NCBI RefSeq assembly: GCF_024521635.1
Contig: NW_026250412.1
Location: forward strand, 372,001-436,000
Length of the DNA: 64,000 nucleotides
DNA from: Tricharina praecox
Lineage: Eukaryota
Direction of reading: 5' to 3'
In this document: one piece after another, positions 11,605 through 23,706 of the stretch
Numbering within the stretch: position 1 is the first letter of the stretch
Layout of the letters: each line of letters begins with the position of its first letter
The notes under the pieces: generated by a model
What the model saw: the letters and a program-made list of their open reading frames with translations, nothing else
Databases searched by the model: none
What the model was told of the DNA's origin: nothing
Program-made: the position numbers and the translations under genes

Positions 11605-14220
11605 TACTATGTAACTACTACCACCACTAACATTTCTAAATCTCTAGATCTCTTCTTAGGTGTTGCAGGCGAACCATTACGACAGCTTGCATGAGATCTA
11701 GATGTCGAAAAAGCGGCACGCACGACGACACAGTTGGTTGGGTTAGGTGGGTTGAGTGGGTTGGGTGGGTGGCGTATGTATGTAGGTGGATAGATAGATA
11801 AACTACTCTTGATGCTAGACGATGCCGATTTGACAGAGAAGAGGAAGCAGCAGCAGAAGAAGGCGAAGAAGAAGAAGTACATACATAGAAGAGGAAGAAG
11901 AAGGTCTTTGCGATCCAATCCGCAGGCTCGTTGGAGCCCAAGCCTTAAGAGACTACTCCGGAACCATGCTAGCGCTTGCGAAACAGTGCTCTGTTTCCTC
12001 CTGCTTCACTTTTTTTCTTTTCTTTTTTTTTTCCTCACTTCGAACTTCGAACTTCGAAGTGCCAGTGCCAGTGGTTCGGTGGTTCTGATGTCATATCACG
12101 CGTTCCAGTTAGCTACAGCTCCGTTCTCTGGGTCTGGGAACAGAGCAGAGCAGAGGGCCTGGCCTGGTCAATGGCCAGTCAAAACACCCCTCTCCCCCCC
12201 CAACATGCCCCCCAACTGCCAACGCATACCTACATGCCTACATCTGAACATTCAGCATCGATCCCCGCCGCGCCCCGCCCCGCCCTGCCCCACCGACCGA
12301 CCGACTGACTACGGTAGGTATCATGCAAAACACGGACAGATCTAAAGAAAGAAGAAAATAAATAACGGAACGGTTCAGCTGAACCTGGACGTTCGGCGAG
12401 AGGCAAATATATTGCAGGTCCCTTGATCTGACTTGACTTGATCGTCGGAGAGGAGTGGTCGGAGTGGTCGGGAGAATCAGGGTGGCCTTGTAGGGAGATG
12501 GATGACTCAGCAAAAGTACCCTTTGAGGCTTTGACGTCTAGCAGGGCTGCGGGGGGCGGTGAGACGGCAAAGACTCAAGACTTGAGCACATGTCTTGTAT
12601 GTGTAATTCGCTTTCCGCTCTAGTTACATAGTAGTTGGGACTCTCGTTTACGATACGAAACAGAACAGAACAAAACAGAGCCGAAACCCTGTCTTCGTGT
12701 GTCTCTACTTTGGTGTTGCCATGGGTGATGGTGAATCATCAGCTATGACTCGCTCGGATATTTCCCCCCAAACTCGGATGAGCCGAACCGGCTGTGCAGA
12801 ATGGACCATTGGCCGCTGGCGATTAGCGATTGGTCCGCCGGTCAGCGGGTATCACTCGTCCGCATATATAGCCAATCCCAATCACTGGGTTACTGGGTTA
12901 CTGGGTAGCTCTTCCTCCTTCAGACTTCCTTCTTTAGACTTCCTCCTTTAGACTTCCTTCTCATCTGCCCACCACCCGGGTGAGTGGTGGGTGGTAGGTA
13001 GACGGGGAGGGGAGGGGAGCTGGAGGGGAGCCTGGAGGCGAGGCGAGGGTTTATCGCTCACCTTTCCAGCTTCCAGTTTCCACCTTCCGTCTTCTACCTT
13101 CCGTCCACCTTCCACCTTCCACCTTCCACCTTCCGTCCATCTTGCCGGAGCATGCGCATAGAAAGCTCCCTCACATTTCCTTCCGCCTTCCGCCCGAGCT
13201 CGAGTTCGCTTCCTGGGTAGGTAGTATTATCCTTCGCACATCGTAGGTTAAGTATGTGTTAGGTGGTAGGAGCACAAAGGCATTCCATGTCCACACTCCT
13301 CACTCGTCCGTCGTCCGTCGTCCGTCAACGTGAGAGGAAGATAGGTAGATAAGATCGCAATCGATATCCCCCGCTCCTGCGACCCACTCGGATCCGCTCG
13401 GACTTGGATCCGATCCTGGGTCCCTCCCTTAAGCTTTCGCTTTGCTTTGTTTTACTTTGCTGCGTGGACGTTTGCAGACCTTCCAGACCCCAGACCTTCC
13501 AGAGCACAGTTTGGCGCAGGAGGAGTTATCCTGTTCGAGTGAGCCGTAGAATACCTACCATGCTACTAGGTAGTAGAATATCATTGCTCGGGGAAGGGGA
13601 AGCACCCCTTCGATGCCTTCGTTCCTTCCCCGTATGTAGTGTACACATATCTCAATACTGATACCAATACCAATACCTACCCAGTGATCCCCACCCCCAC
13701 AGTCCCATCCGGACAGCAAACCACTCTCACTCCGAGTACTTAGCTATTGAAAATACGTCGAATCCCACATCCTCGATTCCTATCGCCCGATCCTACGCAT
13801 CCGATAGGTACCCGCACTCCCCAGTCGCCGCTCCCCGCCCCCACAAACCCCTCACAAACCCCCCGCAAACTTCGCTGCGTACATACTTAGGTAGGTATCT
13901 CGCCCTGTTCCCCGCGTTCTCGCATTGGTACGGCATTGGCATGGCATGGGCACGTATCTACGTTTGCAGGTAGGTAAGTAGGTAACTAGGTGAGTACCGT
14001 ACCCGCTATATGTGCGGTGTGCGGTGTGTGGTGCGGTGTGAGGGATGGTGAGTGGGTGAATAGCAGCCTGTGAGAGCCTTTTGTTTTTTGGTTCGATAGC
14101 ATTCGACCTTAGTAGATTGACTCACCGCCGCCTGCGAGTGAGCCGTGGGGGATCCGTGGGTGGGCCGAGTGTGAGCCGTAGGTGGGGAAGGGAGGGGATG
14201 AGAGCCGAGTAGTGATTACT

Positions 14221-14307
14221 CCGACCTCCGATCTTCCTCAGACCTTCCTCCGACCTTCCTCCGACCTTCCTCCGACCTTCCTCCGACCTTCCTCCGACCT
14301 TCCTCCG
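14221..14307. repeat. 11-bp minisatellite (CCGACCTTCCT)n
   Basis: About 5 perfect units plus 2-3 degenerate ones. Confidence 0.9.
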
Positions 14308-15551
14308 TCCGCTTCACCGTCCGTCCCTCCGTTCGTTCAATCGCCGCCGCCGCCGCTATAGTACACACTACACGGCCATAGCTACGGCCACGGATACGGC
14401 CACGGCCATAGCTATGGCCACAGTGCCGAAAAGATAACTAAAATTTTGAACAAATATTCCTGGAATTGCACTCGCTCTTGTCGGACTGGACTGGACTGGC
14501 CTACTACACTAATACACTACTACATATGGTTGACCGTTAGGGACGTTGGGGGACCATGTGTACATGTATTTGCACCCGCACCCGCACCCGCACCCCTACC
14601 CGCCAGCCAGGCCAGCCGTCCAATCCTGAGGCAGAAATCTCCAATTGCCCTGTGCTATAGAGTACAAGAAGTAGACCAAGAAGAAGAAGAAGGAATACAT
14701 GCGCTACTACTAGTGTTATTATTGTCCAGCAACTACATTTTAACTCAGTACTTCCATACACGACGAAAATCCCCGAACTCCGTCCCGCAATAGTTACCTA
14801 CGGCCCCGCAGCACCATCCCCACTCCAACTGCAGGATCCGCGTAATAAGAAAAGAAAAGAAAAAGAAAAAGCAATAGCGAAGACATCCAGACGTGTAAAT
14901 ACTATCATAGTATAGAGCGCAAAGCCCGGAGCCTGGAACGGCGGGAGAAGCACCATTACCAGCACCATTACCAGCACCAGTAGCACCCACCAGCACCAAC
15001 ACCCACCCGCATGTGAACTGCCATCATTACTACTACATAGAGCACCTATATCGTCGTTGGCTTCCAGAAATACACCCCCATATACAGCATGCGGGGACGT
15101 TCTGGAGCTACATACAGAAGCATTGCGTGTGCAGCAGCAGCAGCAGCAGCAGCAGCAGGTGCTAGCTTCGTCACTCTACCCCGCTGCTGATCAGCTCCTA
15201 GTGACGATGATGATATCATGTGTCCAGCGTCGGTACAATGTAGGATAGAAGGTGTTATGTATGAGAACCGCCTACTTGGAGTACAGTAGATGGCAGCAAA
15301 AAAAAGAACCAAAAAAGATACAAGAACGCCTATGGCTCCAAAAGAACAGTTCAAGAAAAAGAAAAAGAAAAAATCACCAACAAAGGAGAGAGAAAACACA
15401 AGTGGTCATGACGAAGGAAGCAACGAGCTGATAGTGCAACAGGTGGTCAAGCCCAGACCGAGGCCCAGACCGCCCCTCTTATCAAACCTCCACCTTCTGT
15501 TTCCCAGCCTGCCACCACCACCACCACCACCACCACCACCACCATCCTTCC

Positions 15552-17634
15552 TTACTCCTCCATCCGTCCAAAAACCCCATCGTCCTCCTCCTCGCTCCGC
15601 CCCCTCTTACTCCACCCATACCCTTCCCCGTCCCCACGTATCCTCGGATCCTCCATCCGTACGTCCTCATCCTCGTCCTCGTCCTCATCCTCCTCGTCGC
15701 GGTCCTCTTCATCTTCGTCCTCTTCCTTCTTCATCTCGACCACGTCGTTCAGCGGACCCATATATGCCCTACCGCCCGCTGGCGGCGATCCGATATCGGA
15801 CAATCCCAATCCGAATCCTCTCGGAACACTACCGACAGGCATGGACGGCGACATTATCGGAGTGTTGAACGAACAACTCAGCAGCTCCACTGCGGCCGCC
15901 AACGCATCATCCTCGCTCATCGACGGTCGCAGAGACGGCGAAGGCGCAACCGAGCCCCGTACACCGGAAACGGAACTGCCTGCTCTCGGCCTGGGTAAGG
16001 GCCTTTGTGGTAGATGGTTGGGGAACGATAGACCCGTCGAGGGCGCGCTACCGGCAAGGAACCCGCTGCTCCCGTTGTACGACCGTGAGTAGGACCCCGA
16101 CGAGTATCGTTTGCCGGGTTTCCCGGAGCCATTCCGGATGCCGCGTGGTGTCGGTACGGGACTGGACAAGCTCATACCCGAAGGCGGCGGGGTAGTCTCA
16201 TCGGAGGACGAACTGTCCGAGTTGCCTTCGTTATTCGACGCACCGGATGAAGAATCCGGAGGTGTTGGGTTCATGGACACCAGGATCGAGGCAGCCTCCA
16301 GGAGCTGTACTTGCTGATGTTTGGAGATCAAGAGCTTGGATGTGTACGACCATTCTGGCGTATGTTCCCATCTGCATCGATATCCCACGGTAAGTTAAAG
16401 TGGTCTCCCCAAGAACTCGGACGTGGGACTTTTTTTCCGAGTGATAATTTGGGAGGTTAGGTGTATGTGAGTGTGCGATAAGGCTGTCGGGTAGGGATGG
16501 AGATTCGACGGTATTTGTAATCCATCGTGGGCTCCGCACGAATGGGGGGATAATAAGGGCATTCCGCATATGCGAGGGTAAATTTGAGGATGATAAACTG
16601 TGAATGAAGGGGGAGATGCAGGTGGAGAGGTATCATGCGATTCTGTGCGGCTCCATGGCTCGCACGCAATGGATCCCAAGTGTGGGTGGGAGTGATTGAG
16701 AAGTAGTTCTTATCCGTACGAAACCAAGCCTTGAAAAACATGGAAGGGGAGGGAGGGGGAAGACAAACAAATGTTTCGTTAAACAGGAACTATGCTTATA
16801 TCCCTTCCCACACTTTTCACATTTCAGCTCGCTGCCGCTCCTCATCCGTCCTATTTTGCCCACACCGCCCAATGCACCGGCTCCGTCGCTTGCCCGCCGG
16901 TTGCGGGATCCCCGATTAACCTCCGGAGCATGGCCCTCGGCGATTGCACTACCGCTGAGAAGTGTAGTCCCACCGGCCTTGACGAGTTGATGGATGCCGT
17001 GGTCGTGCGTTGCGATGGTGGCATTACTAAGAGGGCCAGGGTTAGGCAAGCTGCTGGGCGGGCTAGGGTAGCCTCCCGGACCAACTCCATCGCCGGTGCC
17101 CGCTTGAAGCTTCCCTAGCCCGGAAATCCCAGGAGGTGGTACCACCACCGCCGTCGGCGCCGGTACCGGTACCGTCCCAGGCGATAACCTAGCCTCGGCT
17201 GCCTCCTTCATCGCCTGAGCTACAGCGGCGATATTTGCAGAGTTGGATGACATGCTCTTCCGCCGGGTGACACGATGCGACGCGTTGAGGGAACCGACGG
17301 AGTGATTGCGGTGATGGTTCCTAGTGGTCGGGATCGCGGTGGATGTGGACGACGAAGGAGCGGGAATGCGGATAACGGGAATCGACTCCTGATGAATGGA
17401 CGACTGCCGTTAGCGATGAGCTTCAACCGCCGCCACGACCACCACCACCATCATCACCACCACCACTACCACCGCCGTCACCACGGTCACCAACACCAAC
17501 AGCAGTACGAGTAACACCACCGGGCAACACCACAACCACCACCGCCCAACCACCACCACCACCACTTTGACTCATCACCGCCAGTAAAGCAATCGAGGAG
17601 GGTGAGGATGTACTGTTTTCACGGATGAAGCCAT
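15552..17634 (-). CDS. Single C2H2 zinc-finger protein (conserved fungal type); exons 17634-17614 (tentative), 17388-16769, 16371-15552
   Basis: Splicing 16768-16372 (GTTTGT..CAG) joins KCEKCGKGYKHSSCLTKHL to WEHTPEWSYTSKLLISKHQQVQLLEAASIL, completing C-x2-C-x12-H-x3-H. The frame is open upstream of Met 17253 (HSVGSLNASHRVTRRKSM) to a GCTAAC..CAG acceptor at 17389. The candidate first exon MASSVKT has a GCCATGG context and a weak GTACAT donor. Acidic C-terminus. Confidence 0.8.
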
Positions 17635-19481
17635 GGCGATCCCAGCCTGCCACGCTTCGTGTCCAAGTGTAGCTTCGAGCCGAATGTGCTTTGTCTTGTT
17701 TTCTTCCTTTCTTCTTTCCGATTCCGTTTCGATCGAGGAGAAGGCTTCAACGATCTTGAAGCGTTTCGAGCCGAGGCGGAGCCGTAGTAATACCGGTCGA
17801 AACTATGTGACTCTCGCGCGTATGTGTTTCCTTGCGGATGACGGAGGGACAGGAAAAGGGACGGTTTGGAATCGTAACGTGGAGGAACGTGAGAAGCAGT
17901 AGGTAGCAGTTGGAGGTGAAGCGGATACGACGGACGAACTATACGGAAGGGCCAAAGTGCTCTGACCTTGCTGACGCAGTTGATAACTTGGAGATGAGGA
18001 CCGATACCGAGGGAAAAAAAATAAAGGACTGGAACTGGAGCTCAGGAGGTGATTTTGGTCTTAAGGAATAAGGATGCTAGGTAGGTAGGTAGGCACCAAA
18101 AAAAGAATGTTGCTGCGGGCCCAAAGCGGAAAGCTTCAGATCTGGCACGAGTAGTTTGACTGGGGTGGGCAGTTCCGGAGACGGTGGGGGTTGATTTATA
18201 GTGGGTTAGCGGGGGGATGGGGGGGCTTTGGTTTTCTTGAGGGGGATTGTGCCTGTGCTGGGAGCCGGTGTCTCAACGAAAGCTATGGCTGGCCAAGTAA
18301 ATTTTGGGATAGTTATCGACAGGTGAGCTTGGAGATGCGAAAGGGCAGGATGAGATAGATGCACGCGGGAAGAGGATCAGTTTGGAGAGACGTCAGGAAG
18401 CGAAGAAAAAAAGATTTGGGGTGGGGAGAGGACTGGGCGGACAGAAAGGCAGGTCGGGACAGCGGGAAAATAACGGGGATGGGGAAATAGTGTGGTGGAG
18501 GTGGTGGGCCATGAAGGACCTTGGGGAGGAGGTGGTAGTTTGTGGTGGTGGTGGTGGAGGTGGTGTGTGGTTGTTCCACGTTCTCACATCTATTTTTTTT
18601 CTTTCTCACTTTTAGAGTGTTCTGCGCCCACTGCCGTCCGTTCTTTCCGTTCTGTTTCTCTGTCTCTCCGTCTGTCTGACTCTCTTCCTCCGTCTCTGTC
18701 CAAACCAAAGCCAGCTGCTCGTTGGGGCCACTCACGCATCCACATCACTCTAGAGTAGAGGCGGGTAGAATAATGGTGAGTAAGTAGAGTAGAGTGGAAT
18801 ACATCCATGGCCAGCCTCAAGGCGGAATTCAGAGTGACTGCTTGCCTGCTTGCCTTCCTGCCTGCTTGCCTTCCTGCCTGCTTGCCTTCCTGCCTGCTTG
18901 CCTGGATTTCCGCCAGCAGCGCGAGTGAGAGAAATTCCAATGCCGGTGAGAGAAATTCTAATGCCGGTGCAGTGCGGTGCGGAGCGGTGCAGTGTAAACT
19001 TCTTATAGCCCTCGTCATTTCCGACGAGCAAACGGGAAACCAGCGAACGGGATGGCCTCTGGCAACGGACGCCCCTCCCTCTTTCTTGTCTGTGGCGCGC
19101 AGTGGTCAGGGACAATGCCAGAGACCTGCATATGGGGAATCGGCCGGTGCGACGGACAAGAGACTCCCACGGATCAGCACCGAGCAGGCTGACACCGACA
19201 ATCGACAGGCAGCTCTTCTCTGCTCGCGAGATGATGTCGACATGTTCCGGAGAGAAATGGCCATGTCTGATTTCGACATATCGGTATTCCTCAGAGAAAT
19301 GTCCATGCCACTCACTGCGACCTGCTCGGCTCACGAAACGGATGCAGAGTCCAGACGACGGACCAGCATCCAGCTGTGAGTAGAGACGGAGTCCGCATGG
19401 CAGCACCGTCGACATGTTCCCCCTTCCCCTTCCACTTCCCCTTCCAAGGCCAGTGTCCTCTCACCCCCGTCCCCCGCTCCG

Positions 19482-19755
19482 TCAGATGACCCCCCTTGAC
19501 AGGAAAGGTCGGGTTTGCGGTCGCCATAGCCCAGTAGTTATGGCTGTATGCGACAATTAATTGATGTTCTCTGTCTCTCTCGCTCTCGAGGAACGAATTC
19601 CAGCAAGGCCGTAGTTATGCGACAATAGATTGATGTTCTCCCTCTCCCATGAAGAGAATTCTAGCAGAGCCATATGCGACAACGAATTGAAGTTGTCTCT
19701 CTCTCCAAAGGTATGCGACAATTAATTGACGTTCTCTCTCTCAGATGACCCCCCT
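19482..19755. repeat. Four degenerate TATGCGACAATTAATTGATGTTCTCT units flanked by a 15-bp direct repeat (TCAGATGACCCCCCT)
   Basis: Units start at 19547, 19616, 19673 and 19712; flanking repeats at 19482-19496 and 19741-19755. Confidence 0.8.
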
Positions 19756-22394
19756 ACCCTGCTGCAGCTCCCTTTCGAGCTCTTTTAGCTGCCCGTTGAA
19801 ACTTGAGCCCGCAACTGCCAGCTAAAAAGTCCAAAGACAGGCAATTACCAGCAACAGCCAGCTACACAAAACGTCCCAACACAGGCAATTAACTACGGTA
19901 CCCACAACTGCCAGACACAGACAATTACCTCCCCTCCCCTCCCCCCAGGCCCACCAAGTCCCACCGGCCTACCTCGCTCGAATCTACATGGAGGCGTCCA
20001 ATAATCCAACCGGAAAGAAAAAAAAAGTCGTGCGGCATGGGTTCCCCGCCATATGTGCCCCTTCCCCTTCACTCACTCCTTCCTTCCCTCGCACCCGCCG
20101 CCCCCTCGCACCAACCCATACCCATCCAGCCCTCCCACCATCCAACGCACCCACGCACCCCTCATCCTCACACCAACCCACCCACCAACCAGCCCTCCCT
20201 CCAATCCAACAGCCCGTACCGATACCGATACCGGTACCAGTATGTCGTATGTAAAACTCCGACGTGCTTAAGCTGCTACATACATACCGTACATACATTG
20301 TGCCGTGCACTGCGCAGCACAGCGTTGACGTCTGATGTGCTAGTAACCACTTACTTACATATTTCCTTTCTTCCTTACCTAACACCGTATACAACTATAT
20401 TCCGTACACACCGCGATCCTGGACGGATAACGACAAATAAATCCCACATCGTCGCCAGGGCCGGGAGAAAGACGGTATCGCTGATCGCCCACCGTACTCG
20501 GAGCTATCAGATTAGCGACTGACAATCACTACACCATGTCCTTCCGGGCGTGAGTGAGTGCGAAGTGCGGTCCAGTCGAGTCTAGAGCAGAGAAGAACAG
20601 AGGAGGGGCGGCGATCACGGAGTGATCCTCTCGACAAGCGTCCACAGGATTTTCACGCCGGCGATGGTGCTCGTTACCATAGTGCTGCGGTATTATAGTA
20701 GTACCTAGCCAGCCAGCCATCTGGGCGTGTATATCTAGTACCATATGTATTGTACATACGTTTACCGTAGTAGAGCAGTAGGTAAGGTAAGGAAAAGTTC
20801 TCGGCCGGCCGGCCATGGCATCAACTCCTTTCCTCTCGGCCAGCCTGAAGAGGCACATACGGTACACAGGTGTATATAGCAGCATAGCAGCCACCGATCA
20901 CAGCACGAGGGGTTTGTAGATAACTTTTGAAGCATAATCTGCATAGGAAACGTAGCCGAGCCCCAGTATGAGTTTCACTATATAGAGAGTACTACCGCAT
21001 ACTAGTAAATAGTAGTAAATCGTAAGTACCTTCGCTTTCGGCCCGGTATGTAGGGTTCTCTAGAGTGAAGTGCGGGGAAGGCCCCCCTCACTGTCGGAAA
21101 AGAAAAAAACACAGTTGCTCATCCACGGTCCGGCGATAGAGGTATCCAAGTACCCAAGAAAGTGCCCAAGTACCCAAGTGCCCAAGTACCCAAGTAATTA
21201 CTCTGCCAAATTCCAGTGTGCTGTAACCAAGTACTTTACTGTTCAGTACCAATGTCAGTCAGACCAGACCAAGCCTTGAGGAGGCCTCAAGGCGGAGGAG
21301 AAGAACAGAACGAGGCGTGCACGCAATTTAGAATAGTAGATTCCATCGCGCGATTCTGCTTTGTCACGCTGTCACGCATCGGCGCCGGCGGAGAGCTTTC
21401 GTTCCTCGTTGTCGTCGATCCATCGAATCGAATCGAGCAAACGAAACGAAACGAAACGGGGGCCTTTTATGATCGATCATCGTAGAGCTATAGTTGCTAG
21501 GTATTCCTCTCCAGAATAGAATCATAATCACAATTAGAATAGTCAGTCAATTAGTAGCATTGAGCATCGAGCATCGATTTGTCTCTCCGTCTCCGCCGCC
21601 GCACCTTGCGCGCACGCACACACGCAACGCACACACTTCCTCCCCACCACCCCCCCTCCTTCAGAGTCCTCCATCTCCTCCTCCGCGTTTGACGTGCTGC
21701 TCCATCTCTCCCAAGTTCCACCAACTTTTTTTTTCTCGTTTTGTTTCCTTTTGTTTTCCTTGCTCTACCTTTTTTGTTTCCTCCCAACCTTCCCCTCCGA
21801 GCTCCAAGAGTTGCAGGCAGCTCCCATCATCGGATTTCTTACACGGATCGACCATCACCCACCATCACCACCACCCAGTACCCACCACCACCAGCACCAC
21901 CAGCACCACCATCCAGCACCGCCCTACGGAGCGCGGGAACGAGCAAGGATCGCCCCAATCCATCCCATCCATCCAATCAACCCAGGAACCGAGCTGGGGG
22001 TGGGTGGGTGTGGCCGCGGGGTGTGGACCAGCGGGGTGTGGAGGCGCGAAATATTTTTTTCGAGCAGCAGAGCACTGAGCAGAGACATCGAGTTACTAGA
22101 GTATATAGAGTTCCGGAATAGCGGCGATGGACAGAGGATCGTCTGGGAAAAAAGCGCAAAACTACTGGGCTTTTGTTTTGTTTTTTGGCGGGTTTTGTTT
22201 TTGATGTTGGTTTCTGTACCAGTAGTCTATATACCTGTATACTACCGGTACCAAGTAGTACTATTCTGCCCTAAGAAGTATGGAGCCGGAGCTCAGAGCT
22301 CAGAGCTTTCGGCAACTACTACTTCTTACTAGTAGTTACTACCGTAGTTACTAGTTATCCAAGTACTAGTATATGGGGATCGCAGATCTCGAGG

Positions 22395-22530
22395 AAAAGC
22401 AAGAAGCAAGAAGCAAAAGTAAAAAGTAAAAAGTAAAAAGTAAAAAGTAAAAAGTAAAAAGTAAAAAGCCAAAAGCCAAAAGTATAAAGCCAAAAGTAAT
22501 AAGTAAAAAGCCAAAAGCTAAAGCTAAGTA
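22395..22530. repeat. Heptamer microsatellite (AAAAAGT)n with degenerate flanks
   Basis: Read directly; it causes the FTFYFLL pseudo-ORFs. Confidence 0.9.
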
Positions 22531-23069
22531 AATCGAAAGGAAAAACAAAAAGAAAGGAAAACAAAACAAAACTAAGAAGGAAAGAAAGACGAGAAAAAAA
22601 AGAAGCGGATGCGGTTTTGTGAGCTGTTGTGGCGAGATTTCTCCCGCTATATGCCACCTCTGGAACGACGATGTTAACTTGGTACTATTAGTTACCAGTG
22701 GTTGTATATAATCGAGTACATATCCGTATTAACACGGATATATACCAACGTAGATCTTACCGTCTCCGAGACGACGATCCGGATGGCGACCATGGCGACT
22801 GAGATTGTGACAGTGCCGATATCCGGCTGCTAACTAACTGCTCTACCGACCATTTGCTCTACTCTACCTACAATACCTACAGTACAGTGCAGTGCAGTAC
22901 AGTACAGCACAGTGTTCTCTCCACGTATGTACTGTACATATACTACATGCTTACTTGACCTACGTACGTACGTAGGAAGGTAGCCTGGTAGGTAGAATAC
23001 ATAGGCAGGTATCGTAGATATGATAGGTAGACAGGTGCCATGAGCAGCCATGGTACGCTACCTATGTGC

Positions 23070-23123
23070 AGTGACATCTGCGGTGACATCTGCGGTAGCA
23101 TCTGCGGTAGCATCTGTGGCGGT
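23070..23123. repeat. 12-bp tandem repeat (GACATCTGCGGT / AGCATCTGCGGT) x4
   Basis: Read directly. Confidence 0.8.
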
Positions 23124-23706
23124 ACCGGCGGCACACACAGCACACAGCACACAACTACAACTACAACTACAAACACACAGCACACAGCTGCGTATAACTC
23201 CAAGTACAAGTATGCATAAAAGTATATCGGAGCCCAATAGGAGTGAACACCGCGAATCCGGGATAATTTTCTGCACCGAGTTGGGAGTGGGGGCCGATGT
23301 CGGTGCCCGATCCCCAATGCCTAATGACCGATGCCCGACGTCTGTGCCCGGTGTCTTTGCCCGATGTCCTTGACCGATGCCGCGCATTCCCTGCATAGCA
23401 TCTCCGAGAAATGCCCGCGGTACGGAGGAAATTGACTGGACGGCAGAACGGACTCGCAGCTCTCCCCGAAATCGTGGCAGCGTACATGGTGTATCACTCG
23501 CTTTTTGGGGGGTCTGGACCGAAATTCGGAGTTCTTTGAGACAGCACCCGGCGCATGTCGACCGCCCGCCTGTGAGAACCTGCAGGTCCGATTGATATCC
23601 CGCTGGCCCAGCTGAGAAGCGAAGCTGCATGACGGCCAGATCCCGAGTTCCCAACCAGCAGCAATCCCATTTATTATTCGTATTCTAGTTCATCCTACAT
23701 ACTCGA

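Noticed and set aside
19547..19740. CRISPR array interpretation
   Set aside because: Eukaryotic context, no cas genes, degenerate repeats, and related spacers of unequal length.
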